A stretch of DNA of 25,730 nucleotides from a virus (Duplodnaviria; Heunggongvirae; Uroviricota; Caudoviricetes), in IMG/VR virus record IMGVR_UViG_2713896781_000012; one strand, written 5' to 3'. Of this stretch, positions 1 to 8,824 are shown in pieces (positions within the stretch are counted from its first letter, which is position 1; each line of letters begins with the position of its first letter). The notes beneath the pieces are model-generated. The model ran no database searches. It had not been told where the DNA came from and was given only the letters and a program-made list of their open reading frames with translations. Made by a program: the position numbers and the translations under genes.

Positions 1-60
1 ATTTGAACCAGCGACCTGGCGATTATGAGTCGCTCGCTCTCACCACTGAGCTAAAGGGCC
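1..60 (-). tRNA. ileZ: tRNA with anticodon CAU (Ile2-type), 5' 60 nt only; 3' end lies beyond the window start
   Basis: Reverse complement of 1-60 reads GGCCCTTTAGCTCAGTGGTGAGAGCGAGCGACTCATAATCGCCAGGTCGCTGGTTCAAAT: acceptor 5' arm, D-arm GCTC/GAGC, anticodon loop CTCATAA, first half of T-arm with TTCAAAT loop. Resembles E. coli tRNA-Ile2 (ileX/ileY) from memory. One A-C mismatch in the anticodon stem. Same strand as the phage late operon. Confidence 0.6.
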
Positions 61-100
61 GGGAGCCGCATAATAACGACGCGTAATTAATTCTTCAATA

Positions 101-508
101 TCATCCGTTCTGGCTGACTAAATCCTGTACTTCCCGAACCGTCTGCTCAAAACGTTCAGTCTCCAGCTCAACGCCAATTGCACGACGCCCGAGCGCCAGT
201 GCCGCTTTCACTGTCGAACCCGACCCCATGAAAAAATCTGCAATCAGGTCACCCGGACGACTGCTAGCGCTGATTATCTGCTGCAGCATTTCTGCCGGTT
301 TTTCGCACGGATGTTTCCCGGGATAGAACTGCACCGGTTTATGCGTCCAGACATCGGTATACGGCACCTGCGCCGTCACGCCAAAATACCGCCGCAGTCG
401 GCATTCACAACCACCAGCGCATTTAACGTTCAGGCACAAAAAAAACCGCTCATCGGCGGGTTTAAGCTGTGTGACGAAGTAACTACTCTTAACAGCATAA
501 CCAATTTT
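101..508 (-). pseudogene. 5'-truncated N6/N4 DNA methyltransferase (C-terminal half only)
   Basis: Translation contains HPCEKPAEMLQQIISASSRPGDLIADFFMGSGSTVKAALALGRRAIGVE, matching the HPTQKP...PGDLVLDPF.GSG...IGIE signature of beta-class N6/N4 methylases. No upstream DPPY-type catalytic motif: the frame hits a stop at 509-511 and the upstream 380 bp is AT-rich non-coding. The ORF track start at 439 is a TTG. Confidence 0.55.
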
Positions 509-889
509 TTACGTACGTAAACTACTAAATGATATTTGTGAGAATGCCACCGAGTGTTCAAAACACCACCACAAATACATAAGAAAACTTCAACAAATAA
601 CCAATAAATAATTTCGGATGTTATTTTTAGTTTGTTTAAATTAAGCTAAAGAATTATAGACTACTTATAAATAAGTGCCATTAATATAAATTAGCTAATA
701 GATTTATTTTTGTTCAAACAAGAGCCATGAATAGGATTAGATAGAAAAGGTTCAGATAAAAATAGAGATCTACTTCACAAATTAAATGAGAAACTAAAAC
801 TTACATCTTGAAATAATCACATTGATTAGATGAATATTTATCGCGCAGTGACATCATTTTTTTATAATAGTTCAAAAAAAGGGCGTACA

Positions 890-1972
890 ATGAAAAAATT
901 AACAGTGGCAATTTCTGCTGTAGCTGCATCAGTACTGATGGCGATGTCTGCTCAGGCAGCTGAAATTTATAATAAAGACAGTAACAAGCTGGATCTATAC
1001 GGGAAAGTTAATGCCAAGCACTACTTCTCCTCTAATGATGCAGATGATGGTGATACTACTTATGCCCGTCTTGGCTTCAAAGGTGAAACCCAAATCAACG
1101 ATCAACTGACTGGGTTCGGTCAGTGGGAATATGACTTCAAAGGCAACCGTGCTGAATCTCAAGGTTCTTCCAAAGACAAAACCCGTCTTGCATTTGCAGG
1201 CCTGAAATTTGGTGATTACGGCTCAATCGATTACGGCCGTAACTTCGGTGTAGCATACGACATCGGTGCGTGGACTGACGTCCTGCCAGAATTCGGTGGT
1301 GACACTTGGACTCAAACCGACGTGTTCATGACTCAACGTGCAACTGGTGTTGCAACTTATCGTAACAACGACTTCTTTGGTCTGGTCGATGGCCTGAACT
1401 TTGCTGCTCAGTATCAGGGTAAAAATGACCGCACTGACGTAGCTGAAGCCAATGGTGATGGTTTCGGTTTCTCCACTACTTATGAGTATGAAGGATTCGG
1501 CGTGGGTGCAACCTATGCTAAATCAGATCGCACTGACGGTCAGGTCGCCTATGGTAAGAGCAAATTCAATGCCTCCGGCAAAAATGCGGAAGTATGGGCT
1601 GCAGGCCTGAAATATGATGCGAACAATATCTATCTGGCTACCACATATTCTGAAACTCAGAATATGACCGTTTTTGGTAATAACCATATTGCAAACAAAG
1701 CACAAAACTTTGAAGCAGTAGCACAATATCAGTTTGACTTCGGTCTGCGCCCATCTGTTGCTTACCTTCAGTCAAAAGGTAAAGACCTTGGTGTTCATGG
1801 TGACCGAGACTTAGTCAAGTATGTCGATGTCGGTGCTACTTACTACTTTAATAAAAACATGTCCACTTTTGTTGATTACAAAATCAACTTAATTGACGAT
1901 AGTAAGTTTACCAAAACAGCTGGTATTGATACCGACGACATCGTCGCTGTAGGTCTGGTTTATCAGTTCTAA
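890..1972 (+). CDS. nmpC: Outer-membrane general porin, OmpC/OmpF family (prophage NmpC/Lc type)
   Basis: ATG at 890 preceded by a purine-rich stretch; signal peptide [23 protein letters not shown] then [16 protein letters not shown]; C-terminal ...VGLVYQF typical of porins. The in-frame upstream part of ORF 830..1972 is probably not translated. Confidence 0.9.
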   Translation: MKKLTVAISAVAASVLMAMSAQAAEIYNKDSNKLDLYGKVNAKHYFSSNDADDGDTTYARLGFKGETQINDQLTGFGQWEYDFKGNRAESQGSSKDKTRLAFAGLKFGDYGSIDYGRNFGVAYDIGAWTDVLPEFGGDTWTQTDVFMTQRATGVATYRNNDFFGLVDGLNFAAQYQGKNDRTDVAEANGDGFGFSTTYEYEGFGVGATYAKSDRTDGQVAYGKSKFNASGKNAEVWAAGLKYDANNIYLATTYSETQNMTVFGNNHIANKAQNFEAVAQYQFDFGLRPSVAYLQSKGKDLGVHGDRDLVKYVDVGATYYFNKNMSTFVDYKINLIDDSKFTKTAGIDTDDIVAVGLVYQF

Positions 1973-1982
1973 TCTGACTTAC

Positions 1983-2023
1983 GAAAAAGATATGTTGCGG
2001 GAGGCTTTGCCTCCGCAACATAT
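1983..2023 (-). terminator. Intrinsic terminator on the minus strand downstream of Q (candidate tR'-like site)
   Basis: Minus strand reads ATATGTTGCGGAGGC-aaa-GCCTCCCGCAACATAT followed by CTTTTT; about 14-bp stem with one bulge. Confidence 0.45.
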
Positions 2024-2108
2024 AAGTGGAGCCCTCAAGCCACTTCCTTTAGAAGCACTACCTTGCTTCTTACTATATAAACCTTCTGTTATATATTACC
2101 CTTTATTT

Positions 2109-2133
2109 GGGGGCGTTTCCACGCCCCATTTTT
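2109..2133 (+). terminator. Intrinsic terminator on the plus strand (porin transcript)
   Basis: GGGGCGT-ttcc-ACGCCCC followed by ATTTTT on the plus strand, 137 bp after the porin stop. Confidence 0.55.
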
Positions 2134-2159
2134 AATAACTTTTAGTAAACAATTGCATA

Positions 2160-2543
2160 TCAATTAGAATTATTAGCAACGATATCCATATCTAACCGGA
2201 TATCTAATGCCATTAACATCCCTTCAATTATGCCCTCAGCCTTCTGTAACCTTTTCCCGATATAACCATCCGAGCAGCAATGCTTACTTGCCAGTGACAT
2301 GAATGTCATACCACATACATAATAATCTACTAATAAATCGTGTAAATCGCTGTTGTTCTTTTTCAGACGGGCCATGCACCCGCAAATGATCATCGCGTCA
2401 TCGTCACAACATTGCGGGCGAGATTTTACTTTTGAAGGAATTAATCCCTTAAAACCGGCAGCAATGGACGACCAGGTCACATCCTCATGATTATTTGCCG
2501 CCCATGCTCCCCAGCGTTCGAGAACCATCTGAATATCACGCAT
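2160..2543 (-). CDS. Late-gene antitermination protein Q (lambdoid Q family)
   Basis: [18 protein letters not shown]... with the WGAW motif and a Cys-rich segment as in phage Q antiterminators. ATG at 2543 with GGAGA 6 nt upstream; the ORF-track start at 2558 is a TTG. Lies between the replication genes and the late region. Confidence 0.75.
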   Translation of the reverse strand: MRDIQMVLERWGAWAANNHEDVTWSSIAAGFKGLIPSKVKSRPQCCDDDAMIICGCMARLKKNNSDLHDLLVDYYVCGMTFMSLASKHCCSDGYIGKRLQKAEGIIEGMLMALDIRLDMDIVANNSN

Positions 2544-2560
2544 CAACTTTCTCCACAAAA

Positions 2561-3556
2561 TCAGGACAGCACACCAATCGCCAGCGCGCGATCGATAAAA
2601 CGAAATATCAGCTCCAGTTGGGAACCATACTTCTCTTCAAATGCCACGGTATCCGCATGCAGTCCGTCATGGTGTTTTCTGCACAAAGGCAACACAAAAA
2701 GGTCATGCGCTTTTGTACCCATTCCACCCTAACCATGACCAATCAGGTGATGAGGATCGTCGGCTGGCTTACCACAACATGCACACGGCTGCGTCTTAAC
2801 CCAGCGCGTGTACTTTTCATTAACCCAGCGACGACGTTTGGGGCGTAACATAAAAGACTCCGGCGACTCCGGATCCACTTTCAGCGCCAGCACCTTTTTC
2901 GCCTTATCCCGGATGATGCTGGTGGCAGGAACCGAAGGCACAAGGTCACTTTCCCGGGTGACAGACGGCACAACAGGCTTCGGTAATCTCAGTGCCTTAC
3001 GGGCTGCACTTTCCGGTAAGGCATCCGCCAGGTCATTACGAACCAGCCACCAGCACAGTTCCGGCATTGTCACAACGTGGCTGTCATCAAAACCGAGATC
3101 ACGACGGACTACGGACAACACCCAGCGGGCACAGTTATCCGTTGCCATTGATTCCAGACGTTCCGTGAACTGATCGCGAAGCAGGTTATCGCAGTGCCAG
3201 CACAGACGGATTGCGCCCGGCGCGTGTCGCATTGTGGTCATGTTCTCGCTGTGCCATCCGGAATGAGGCCACTGGCAGCCTTTTTCACGAAGTAACCAGC
3301 TCTCAAGGCATTCCACGCCACCAGCACGACGGATCACCGCCTCATGGCGGAACACGGCCCGAACGGCAGGATCATCCGCCAGCGGTTGTGATGCTGCCGG
3401 AACGGCACCACTGGCAAAAGATGAATAACGTTCCGGCTCAGGCTCCAGCAGGACACGCCCCTGCATAAACAGGGGCATCAGCTCTGAACCGGGTCTGAAC
3501 AAGACGATCCCCATACGCGGGGCAATTTCAGGGGTCAGCAGTGCTCTCACGGTCAC
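2561..3556 (-). pseudogene. DUF968-like prophage protein interrupted by an in-frame amber codon at 2729-2731
   Basis: ORF 2729..3556 ends ...CACCGKPADDPHHLIGHG at TAG. The same frame continues for 55 codons ([55 protein letters not shown]) to TGA at 2561-2563, 17 nt before the Q start. The start at 3556 is GTG. Confidence 0.5.
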
Positions 3557-3602
3557 CTCAGCGAACGGTATTGCATGAACGCAGGAGAAAAAAATTCAGC
3601 CA

Positions 3603-3860
3603 TCACGCAGTAAACTCCTTCACCAGCGTTTCAAACTGGCTTACCTGTCCTTCCAGTTCCGCCACGCAATCCACCAGCTCATCCACCGCCTTTTGTGTGC
3701 GGTGTTTTGCCTGCAGCAGATCACGAAGCGCCGGAGTAAGCTGCTTGCGGAGCGTATCTTTTTTCACGCTCGTTTTTTCCATCTGTTCAGCACAACGAAG
3801 CATCTCCTGCGCCTGCCGACGAAGTTGTTCCGGTGAAACAGTGATTGTTCTGTTGTTCAA
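3603..3860 (-). CDS. Hypothetical protein, 85 aa, predicted coiled coil
   Basis: ORF starts at a TTG that overlaps the DnaB-like TGA stop (TTGA); same strand and coupling pattern as the replication operon. Confidence 0.45.
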   Translation of the reverse strand: MNNRTITVSPEQLRRQAQEMLRCAEQMEKTSVKKDTLRKQLTPALRDLLQAKHRTQKAVDELVDCVAELEGQVSQFETLVKEFTA

Positions 3861-5257
3861 AATAAACGCTCCGTTTTACTGCCCGACATGCGGTTATTGC
3901 TGTATCTGCGCGGATTGCCCGGCGTCATGGGTGTGGAAAGAACCCGGGCACTCTCCTGGTCCACAGGCAGAAAATGTCCGTTATGAAAACGCCGGTAAAT
4001 GGTCCCGAGTGTGCCATTACGCTGTTTCGTGATGTTGATTTCTGCTATGCCTCTGGCCTGTGTATCCGGGTTATACACCTCATCCCTGTAAAGCATCAGA
4101 ATGATGTCGGCATCAGCCTCTATTTCCCCGGAGTTTTTCAGGTCTGAGTTCATGGGACGTTTATTGGGTCTGGATTCCACGCCTCGGGAGAGCTGGCTCA
4201 GAGCAATCAGCGGGAAACCGCCGGATTTTGCCAGGCTTTTAAGTCCCTTTGAGATTTCCCCCACAGCAAGGTCGTGACGCCCCGTGCTGCGGGTTTTAAT
4301 CAGACCGAGGTAATCGACCACCACCAGCGCCGTTTCCGGGTGTTTCATCCGGTGGTGCTTCGTGGTTGCACATATCTCATCAATGGTCAGGTTTGCCTGA
4401 TCCACCATCCAGATATTACGCCCCGTCATTCGTCCCACGCCCTGCGAGAAACGCGCCCAGTCTTCATCTTCAAAACGGGCAACAGACTTAAGACGGGATA
4501 CCGGCATTCCACCGGCAGCAGACACCATACGTTCACCAATCTGGATGTTCGCCATCTCCATGGTGAACAGAAGCACGCCATGCCCCTGCTCAGTCACCTT
4601 GTCGATGATGTCCAGCGCAAGTTCGGTTTTCCCCATCGAAGGACGGGCGGCAATGAATACCAGGTCACCGGGCTCCATACCGCCCGTTTTTGCGTCCAGT
4701 TCATCAATACCGGTCATCAGCGCCCTGGATTTCTCCAGTCCCTGATTGCGGCATTCAACACGGTCGACCACTTCCGGAAGGACATCATCAATGTGAACCG
4801 GCTGAATGACGCCCTTTCCGGTCGACAGTGAGGCCATCATGTTCTGCACATCCTTCAGGGCATCCTCGGCTGCTTCACAGGTATACGCATCACGTAAATT
4901 CTGTAATGCTTCAGTCAGTGTTTTTTCTGCATCGCGCAGTGCGGCATTGCGCCGCAACGCTGCGACATAGTGCTCCAGTGAAGACTTCACCCAGGTTTTG
5001 CGTCCGGTGTCGGTAATCACCGGGGCAAGTTCCGGCATCTCATTGCACAGCAGTACGGGGTCAATGACGCCGGATATGCGAGCCTGTCTGCAAATCCCCG
5101 CGTAAATATCCCGGTACTGACGCACAAAAAATACATCCGCCGGAAGTGTGGCCAGAATATCCATCACTTCCGGATCGGCCCCACGCAGAAAAAACGCACC
5201 GATGACAGCGCCTTCCAGGTCATCGTTACGCCATGCCGGGGTGTTCTGGCTGGTCAT
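3857..5257 (-). CDS. Replicative DNA helicase, DnaB family
   Basis: 466 aa; Walker A AARPSMGKT and the DnaB-type C-terminal RecA-like domain (DYLGLI, SQLSR). ATG at 5257 overlaps the upstream stop as ATGA. Confidence 0.9.
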   Translation of the reverse strand: MTSQNTPAWRNDDLEGAVIGAFFLRGADPEVMDILATLPADVFFVRQYRDIYAGICRQARISGVIDPVLLCNEMPELAPVITDTGRKTWVKSSLEHYVAALRRNAALRDAEKTLTEALQNLRDAYTCEAAEDALKDVQNMMASLSTGKGVIQPVHIDDVLPEVVDRVECRNQGLEKSRALMTGIDELDAKTGGMEPGDLVFIAARPSMGKTELALDIIDKVTEQGHGVLLFTMEMANIQIGERMVSAAGGMPVSRLKSVARFEDEDWARFSQGVGRMTGRNIWMVDQANLTIDEICATTKHHRMKHPETALVVVDYLGLIKTRSTGRHDLAVGEISKGLKSLAKSGGFPLIALSQLSRGVESRPNKRPMNSDLKNSGEIEADADIILMLYRDEVYNPDTQARGIAEINITKQRNGTLGTIYRRFHNGHFLPVDQESARVLSTPMTPGNPRRYSNNRMSGSKTERLF

Positions 5258-6153
5258 GCGGCAACACCTCCGATACGAGAACGGTAGCTGGGCCAGTTAA
5301 ACGACAACCAGTTGCGCCCGCCATCGGTGATCCTGTCGGCAATCCGGGGACTGATGAACGCCCACAATTCTTCCGGTGAAAGGTTGCTGATCAGGATAGT
5401 TGGCAAAATACCCTCATACCGGGCATTGATAATTTCCTGCAAAATGGCCATTTCAGCCGCACTGCCAAACTGAACGCCGACTTCGTCGACAATCAGCAAA
5501 TCCAGTGACGCATAATGCTCAATGACGTCATCCGCTGTTTTTTCACTGTCATTCCGCCAGCAGTTTTTCACAGCCCGGGTAAGGCGCATCACGTCGGTGA
5601 TCTCCACACTGGCCAGATAGTTACGGATGATGTGTTTTGCCATTGATACCGCCAGATGATTTTTCCCGGTACCGCAACTGCCGGTCATAACAAGACTGGT
5701 ACCGTTCTCCAGCATATCTGGCCAGTTCTCCGCATAGCGGCGACAGGCCGCAAGATTTCTGGCTGCGTCAGGATTAACCTCCAGATAATTATCAAACTCG
5801 CAGTCCCGAAAACGCAGAGCAATTCCGGCGTTATCAGTCAGTTCTTCCGCCTTGAGGGACGACAGTTCCATGGTCAAATCACTGGCCTCAGCGATCAAGC
5901 AGTCAGGGCAGCATGAAATTTTTTCTCTGTCCTCGCCATTACGATCGATCCACACCAGTATATGCGTACGATATTTACCGTGTTTTTCGCAATATCCGCG
6001 ACCTTCACGCATCAGGCAGGAACGATAAGGCCATGGCTTTTCGCCCTTCTGAGCAAATGCAATCTCTGCCCGTAACTCATCCATTTCTGCCCGTAACTCA
6101 TCCATTCGCGCCTGTAGTCTTGTTTGTTTCTCACGTTGGTCAATCGTCATCAT
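5254..6153 (-). CDS. Helicase loader, DnaC/IstB-like AAA+ ATPase
   Basis: Walker A GSCGTGKNHLAVSMA and Walker B LLIVDEVG; Cys-rich N-terminal segment. ORF-track start 6162 is GTG; ATG-ATG at 6153/6150 with GAGGTG upstream is the preferred start. Confidence 0.85.
   Translation of the reverse strand: MMTIDQREKQTRLQARMDELRAEMDELRAEIAFAQKGEKPWPYRSCLMREGRGYCEKHGKYRTHILVWIDRNGEDREKISCCPDCLIAEASDLTMELSSLKAEELTDNAGIALRFRDCEFDNYLEVNPDAARNLAACRRYAENWPDMLENGTSLVMTGSCGTGKNHLAVSMAKHIIRNYLASVEITDVMRLTRAVKNCWRNDSEKTADDVIEHYASLDLLIVDEVGVQFGSAAEMAILQEIINARYEGILPTILISNLSPEELWAFISPRIADRITDGGRNWLSFNWPSYRSRIGGVAA
6066..6107. repeat. 21-bp perfect-to-near-perfect tandem duplication inside the DnaC-like gene
   Basis: CTGCCCGTAACTCATCCATTT followed by CTGCCCGTAACTCATCCATTC; encodes an in-frame MDELRAE-MDELRAE duplication. 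Confidence 0.85.
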
Positions 6154-6163
6154 CGCTGTCACC

Positions 6164-7156
6164 TCAGAATGTCAATTTGTTACTGGATTTACCGAATTTG
6201 TCAGACATGGCTCCCAGGCCAGCCAGGACATCGACCTGTCGCTGTCGCCCACCTCCGTGAGCGGCTGGCTGTTGCCAGTAATCTTCGAAGTGACGATCGG
6301 GTCCAAAGAACGTCGCAGCCTGCTTCACGAACTGTGTGCCGGTATTTCCTGTAGCACGTACCCAGGCGGCATACCGCTTCACGCCATCAAGCATGGTCTC
6401 CGGTTTTATTCCCTCCCTGATACGGGCTTTCCAGGCTTTGAAGGCTGCTGACTTGGAATTGCCACCAGCACGTTTGGGATATTCCTGCCAGGCCTGTTCA
6501 AATTCCGGTGAATATTCCTGTCGGGCAGAACGCGCTGGCGCAGACGCGTCAGCGGATGCATCAATAGTGTTTTTAGTCTCCGTTGTAATCTCTGTAGTAA
6601 TCTCTGTATTTGTATCAACATTCGGCGTATCCCCTGTTCCGTTATGACGTCGGGGGGTGTTCCGTTTTAACGTAATAGCTGTATCGCTGATTGCATTATT
6701 GCTGTTACTTTCTGGCGAAACAGAAGAAGGTGTGGTGATGGCCGCAATTGCCTGTGGGTTGATCCCGACAAACAAAATATTGCTGCATTTCACCCCATCG
6801 AGCATTTCCACCGTGCGTAAATCCAGAGTAATAAACCCTGCATCGCGCAGACGCTTCAGCGCATCTGCGGTTTCCCTTTTCCCGAAACCAAACTGCTCAG
6901 CAAACGCCTGGTAGCTTCTTTGCAGTTTGTCGCCCTGAAAACGCTTGCGATATCCCAGCAACGCTCCGGTGTGCTCATCCCTGACCTCTGTCGGGCGGTA
7001 CCAGTAAACGATCTCTGAAAGCAGAGCGATAGCCGTCGCATCCGGACGCCCACTGGGTAGTCGAATATATTTCCACCAGTTCGCAGGTGTAACATTGCCG
7101 GAAATATTAATTTGACCAATAGCCATAACTTCCGGTGTGGGGGCGTAACGGCTCAT
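6164..7156 (-). CDS. Putative phage replication initiation protein (O-like replisome organiser)
   Basis: 330 aa, immediately upstream of and overlapping the DnaC/DnaB homologues. ATG at 7156 with GGAAGGAGG RBS. Central low-complexity linker (TEITTEITTE) containing DNA repeats. Family assignment is by position and architecture, not verified. Confidence 0.55.
   Translation of the reverse strand: MSRYAPTPEVMAIGQINISGNVTPANWWKYIRLPSGRPDATAIALLSEIVYWYRPTEVRDEHTGALLGYRKRFQGDKLQRSYQAFAEQFGFGKRETADALKRLRDAGFITLDLRTVEMLDGVKCSNILFVGINPQAIAAITTPSSVSPESNSNNAISDTAITLKRNTPRRHNGTGDTPNVDTNTEITTEITTETKNTIDASADASAPARSARQEYSPEFEQAWQEYPKRAGGNSKSAAFKAWKARIREGIKPETMLDGVKRYAAWVRATGNTGTQFVKQAATFFGPDRHFEDYWQQPAAHGGGRQRQVDVLAGLGAMSDKFGKSSNKLTF
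6585..6672. repeat. Iteron-like direct repeats inside the initiator gene (candidate replication origin)
   Basis: GTAATCTCTGTA x2 in tandem (6585-6608) and TGTTCCGTTATGACG / TGTTCCGTTTTAACG (6635-6649, 6658-6672), followed by an AT-richer stretch. Confidence 0.4.
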
Positions 7157-7452
7157 ACAACCTCCTTCCGCGGCATGAGAATTGTGTAGCCACGCGCAGG
7201 TTGTAGTCTGGCTTTTGCATCAATAGTAAGCGTTGCAATTTTTCGGATATGAAGATAACCAGCTCTTTCCAGTGCCAGGGTTTCCCTGAATATCGCTTGC
7301 TTAGAACAACAGCAGAAATCAGCAAGCACCTGATGATCAATAACTCTCTCGCCTTCACCGTCTGAAGAACCCGACATCAAAACACGCAACATAATCAGGC
7401 GCTGAATCGGGTTATCGAAAGCACATCCGCACACAAACTGAAAACAGTTCAC
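7153..7452 (-). CDS. Hypothetical protein, 99 aa
   Basis: GTG start at 7452 overlapping the upstream stop (GTGA), GGGAGG 6 nt upstream; its stop overlaps the O-like ATG (ATGA). Confidence 0.5.
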   Translation of the reverse strand: MNCFQFVCGCAFDNPIQRLIMLRVLMSGSSDGEGERVIDHQVLADFCCCSKQAIFRETLALERAGYLHIRKIATLTIDAKARLQPARGYTILMPRKEVV

Positions 7453-7673
7453 GCCACACCTCCCAGACGCTTAAACATTTTTCCAGACAGAAATACCGCC
7501 AGAGGGTAACTGATGGTGTAGCTACGCCCCTGTAGTTCGCACACGACTTTCTGGCTTTCAGCGTTGACTAGGCAAACCCGCAGAACGTGACCGTTGCTGG
7601 TGGCGAACCACTGCCCCACACGGGGGCAACGGTTGTATCGGTGATACAGGGAATTAACGATGTGGCGGATCAT
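7449..7673 (-). CDS. Hypothetical protein, 74 aa
   Basis: ATG at 7673 overlaps the upstream stop as ATGA; member of the coupled operon. Confidence 0.5.
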   Translation of the reverse strand: MIRHIVNSLYHRYNRCPRVGQWFATSNGHVLRVCLVNAESQKVVCELQGRSYTISYPLAVFLSGKMFKRLGGVA

Positions 7674-7864
7674 GGACGCACCTCCACCGTAGTTACGTAT
7701 TTAACCGGGCTACCTTTCATTGAGATGGTTTCACACATCTCTGCCGCTTTCAGTTCCGCTGTTTTTCTGGATTTATAGCGACGGTGCCAGACAGATACAT
7801 CCGTGCGAACTGATACATCGTTTCTGTATTCCGTAGTGGAGATGATGATTTCGTAACTAATCAT
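7670..7864 (-). CDS. Hypothetical protein, 64 aa
   Basis: ATG at 7864 overlaps the upstream stop as ATGA. Confidence 0.5.
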   Translation of the reverse strand: MISYEIIISTTEYRNDVSVRTDVSVWHRRYKSRKTAELKAAEMCETISMKGSPVKYVTTVEVRP

Positions 7865-8715
7865 GGGCGAACCTCCTTGTCAGAACCATTCAGCCTGGAA
7901 TCAACAAGTGCAGCGCCAAAAACAGCATCACCAACACGGTCGTACAGTTTGCTAGCCAGCGGAGATTCAACGGCCTTAAGCATTGGATAAAGCTGGCTTG
8001 TCCAGATTTGATGGATTTCACGCAAATGCAGGTATACGCCTCTGGCGTTTCGTGCGACAGCTGACATATCAGACGCATCGGCACCTGATAAACTCTTCTC
8101 CATCAGGTTAAAGGCGTTGATGTATGCCTCTTTGAACCGGGCAGCACGTTTACCAGTGAAGCCCATGGCAAGGAACGCGAAGCCATCGCGGGTGATTTGA
8201 TAGCAAGGTAGTTTGCGGCCTGATGCGTCGGTGTATTCACTTAACACAAAATTGTGTTCAGTAAATTCAGCGGAACATTCGAGGTTTCTAATTCTATCTA
8301 AAACCCGCTCATGCCGTTTAGTAAAGTAATTAGCTACTGCAAGAGATGTGGTGACAACGCGACCATTGATAATCGTGATTTCAGGGTGAGATTGGGTTGG
8401 GAGAGTAGTCATGGTGACAGCCCCTATGTTGAATTCAATGAACTCACCACCAAGGCTTTCCACGACCATATAGGTGGTGAGACGTACAGGGGTGGAAATA
8501 CCGGTCAACATAGAACCCGGCCCAACCGAAGTTGGCCCTGCACGCCCCACCATAATTTGGGCGTAACGATGCTCATGACACGAAAAAACCGCATGAGCGC
8601 GGTTGTGCTCTATATTGAATTTCGGGTTTCCACGCCCGGCACCCGCTTTATAAGGTGCCTGAGCAGTGTAACGTCCCGGAATTGCAGAATCAATATTTGG
8701 TCTTGAAATGATCAT
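7861..8715 (-). CDS. Phage regulatory protein, Rha family (start uncertain)
   Basis: Residues about 102-200 read MTTLPTQSHPEITIINGRVVTTSLAVANYFTKRHERVLDRIRNL...YQITRDGFAFLAMGFTGKRAARFKEAYINAFNLME, matching the Rha motif from memory. ATG at 8715 gives 284 aa; internal ATG at 8412 is an alternative start. Confidence 0.55.
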   Translation of the reverse strand: MIISRPNIDSAIPGRYTAQAPYKAGAGRGNPKFNIEHNRAHAVFSCHEHRYAQIMVGRAGPTSVGPGSMLTGISTPVRLTTYMVVESLGGEFIEFNIGAVTMTTLPTQSHPEITIINGRVVTTSLAVANYFTKRHERVLDRIRNLECSAEFTEHNFVLSEYTDASGRKLPCYQITRDGFAFLAMGFTGKRAARFKEAYINAFNLMEKSLSGADASDMSAVARNARGVYLHLREIHQIWTSQLYPMLKAVESPLASKLYDRVGDAVFGAALVDSRLNGSDKEVRP

Positions 8716-8799
8716 ATAGCTGCTGATATCTTTAGAACTGTTCTTGGATGTTTCGGAGCCGTTTTATGCGAAACAGCTCCCCGTTATTGATGTTGAGTG

Positions 8800-8824
8800 A
8801 GCCGGGTTACTCCCGGCTTTTTTT
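8800..8824 (+). terminator. Intrinsic terminator on the plus strand, antisense to the Cro-side operon
   Basis: AGCCGGG-ttact-CCCGGCT followed by TTTTTT, abutting the stop of the minus-strand gene 8824..9531. On the minus strand the hairpin has no U-run. Confidence 0.55.

Noticed and set aside
311-520. 69-aa plus-strand ORF
   Set aside because: Lies antisense within the methyltransferase remnant and has no RBS or recognisable domain; likely a shadow ORF.
1523-1726. 67-aa minus-strand ORF
   Set aside because: Entirely inside the well-supported porin gene on the opposite strand.
2487-4032. Several plus-strand ORFs (2487-2732, 2495-2848, 2808-3173, 3211-3468, 3541-4032)
   Set aside because: All lie antisense to the coupled minus-strand operon, and their products are low-complexity (Ser/Arg/Cys-rich).
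4274-6647. Plus-strand ORFs antisense to the DnaB/DnaC/O-like genes
   Set aside because: Shadow ORFs within strongly supported genes; no start signals.
8311-8706. 131-aa plus-strand ORF
   Set aside because: Antisense inside the Rha-family gene; the nearby plus-strand terminator is better explained by a short non-coding RNA.
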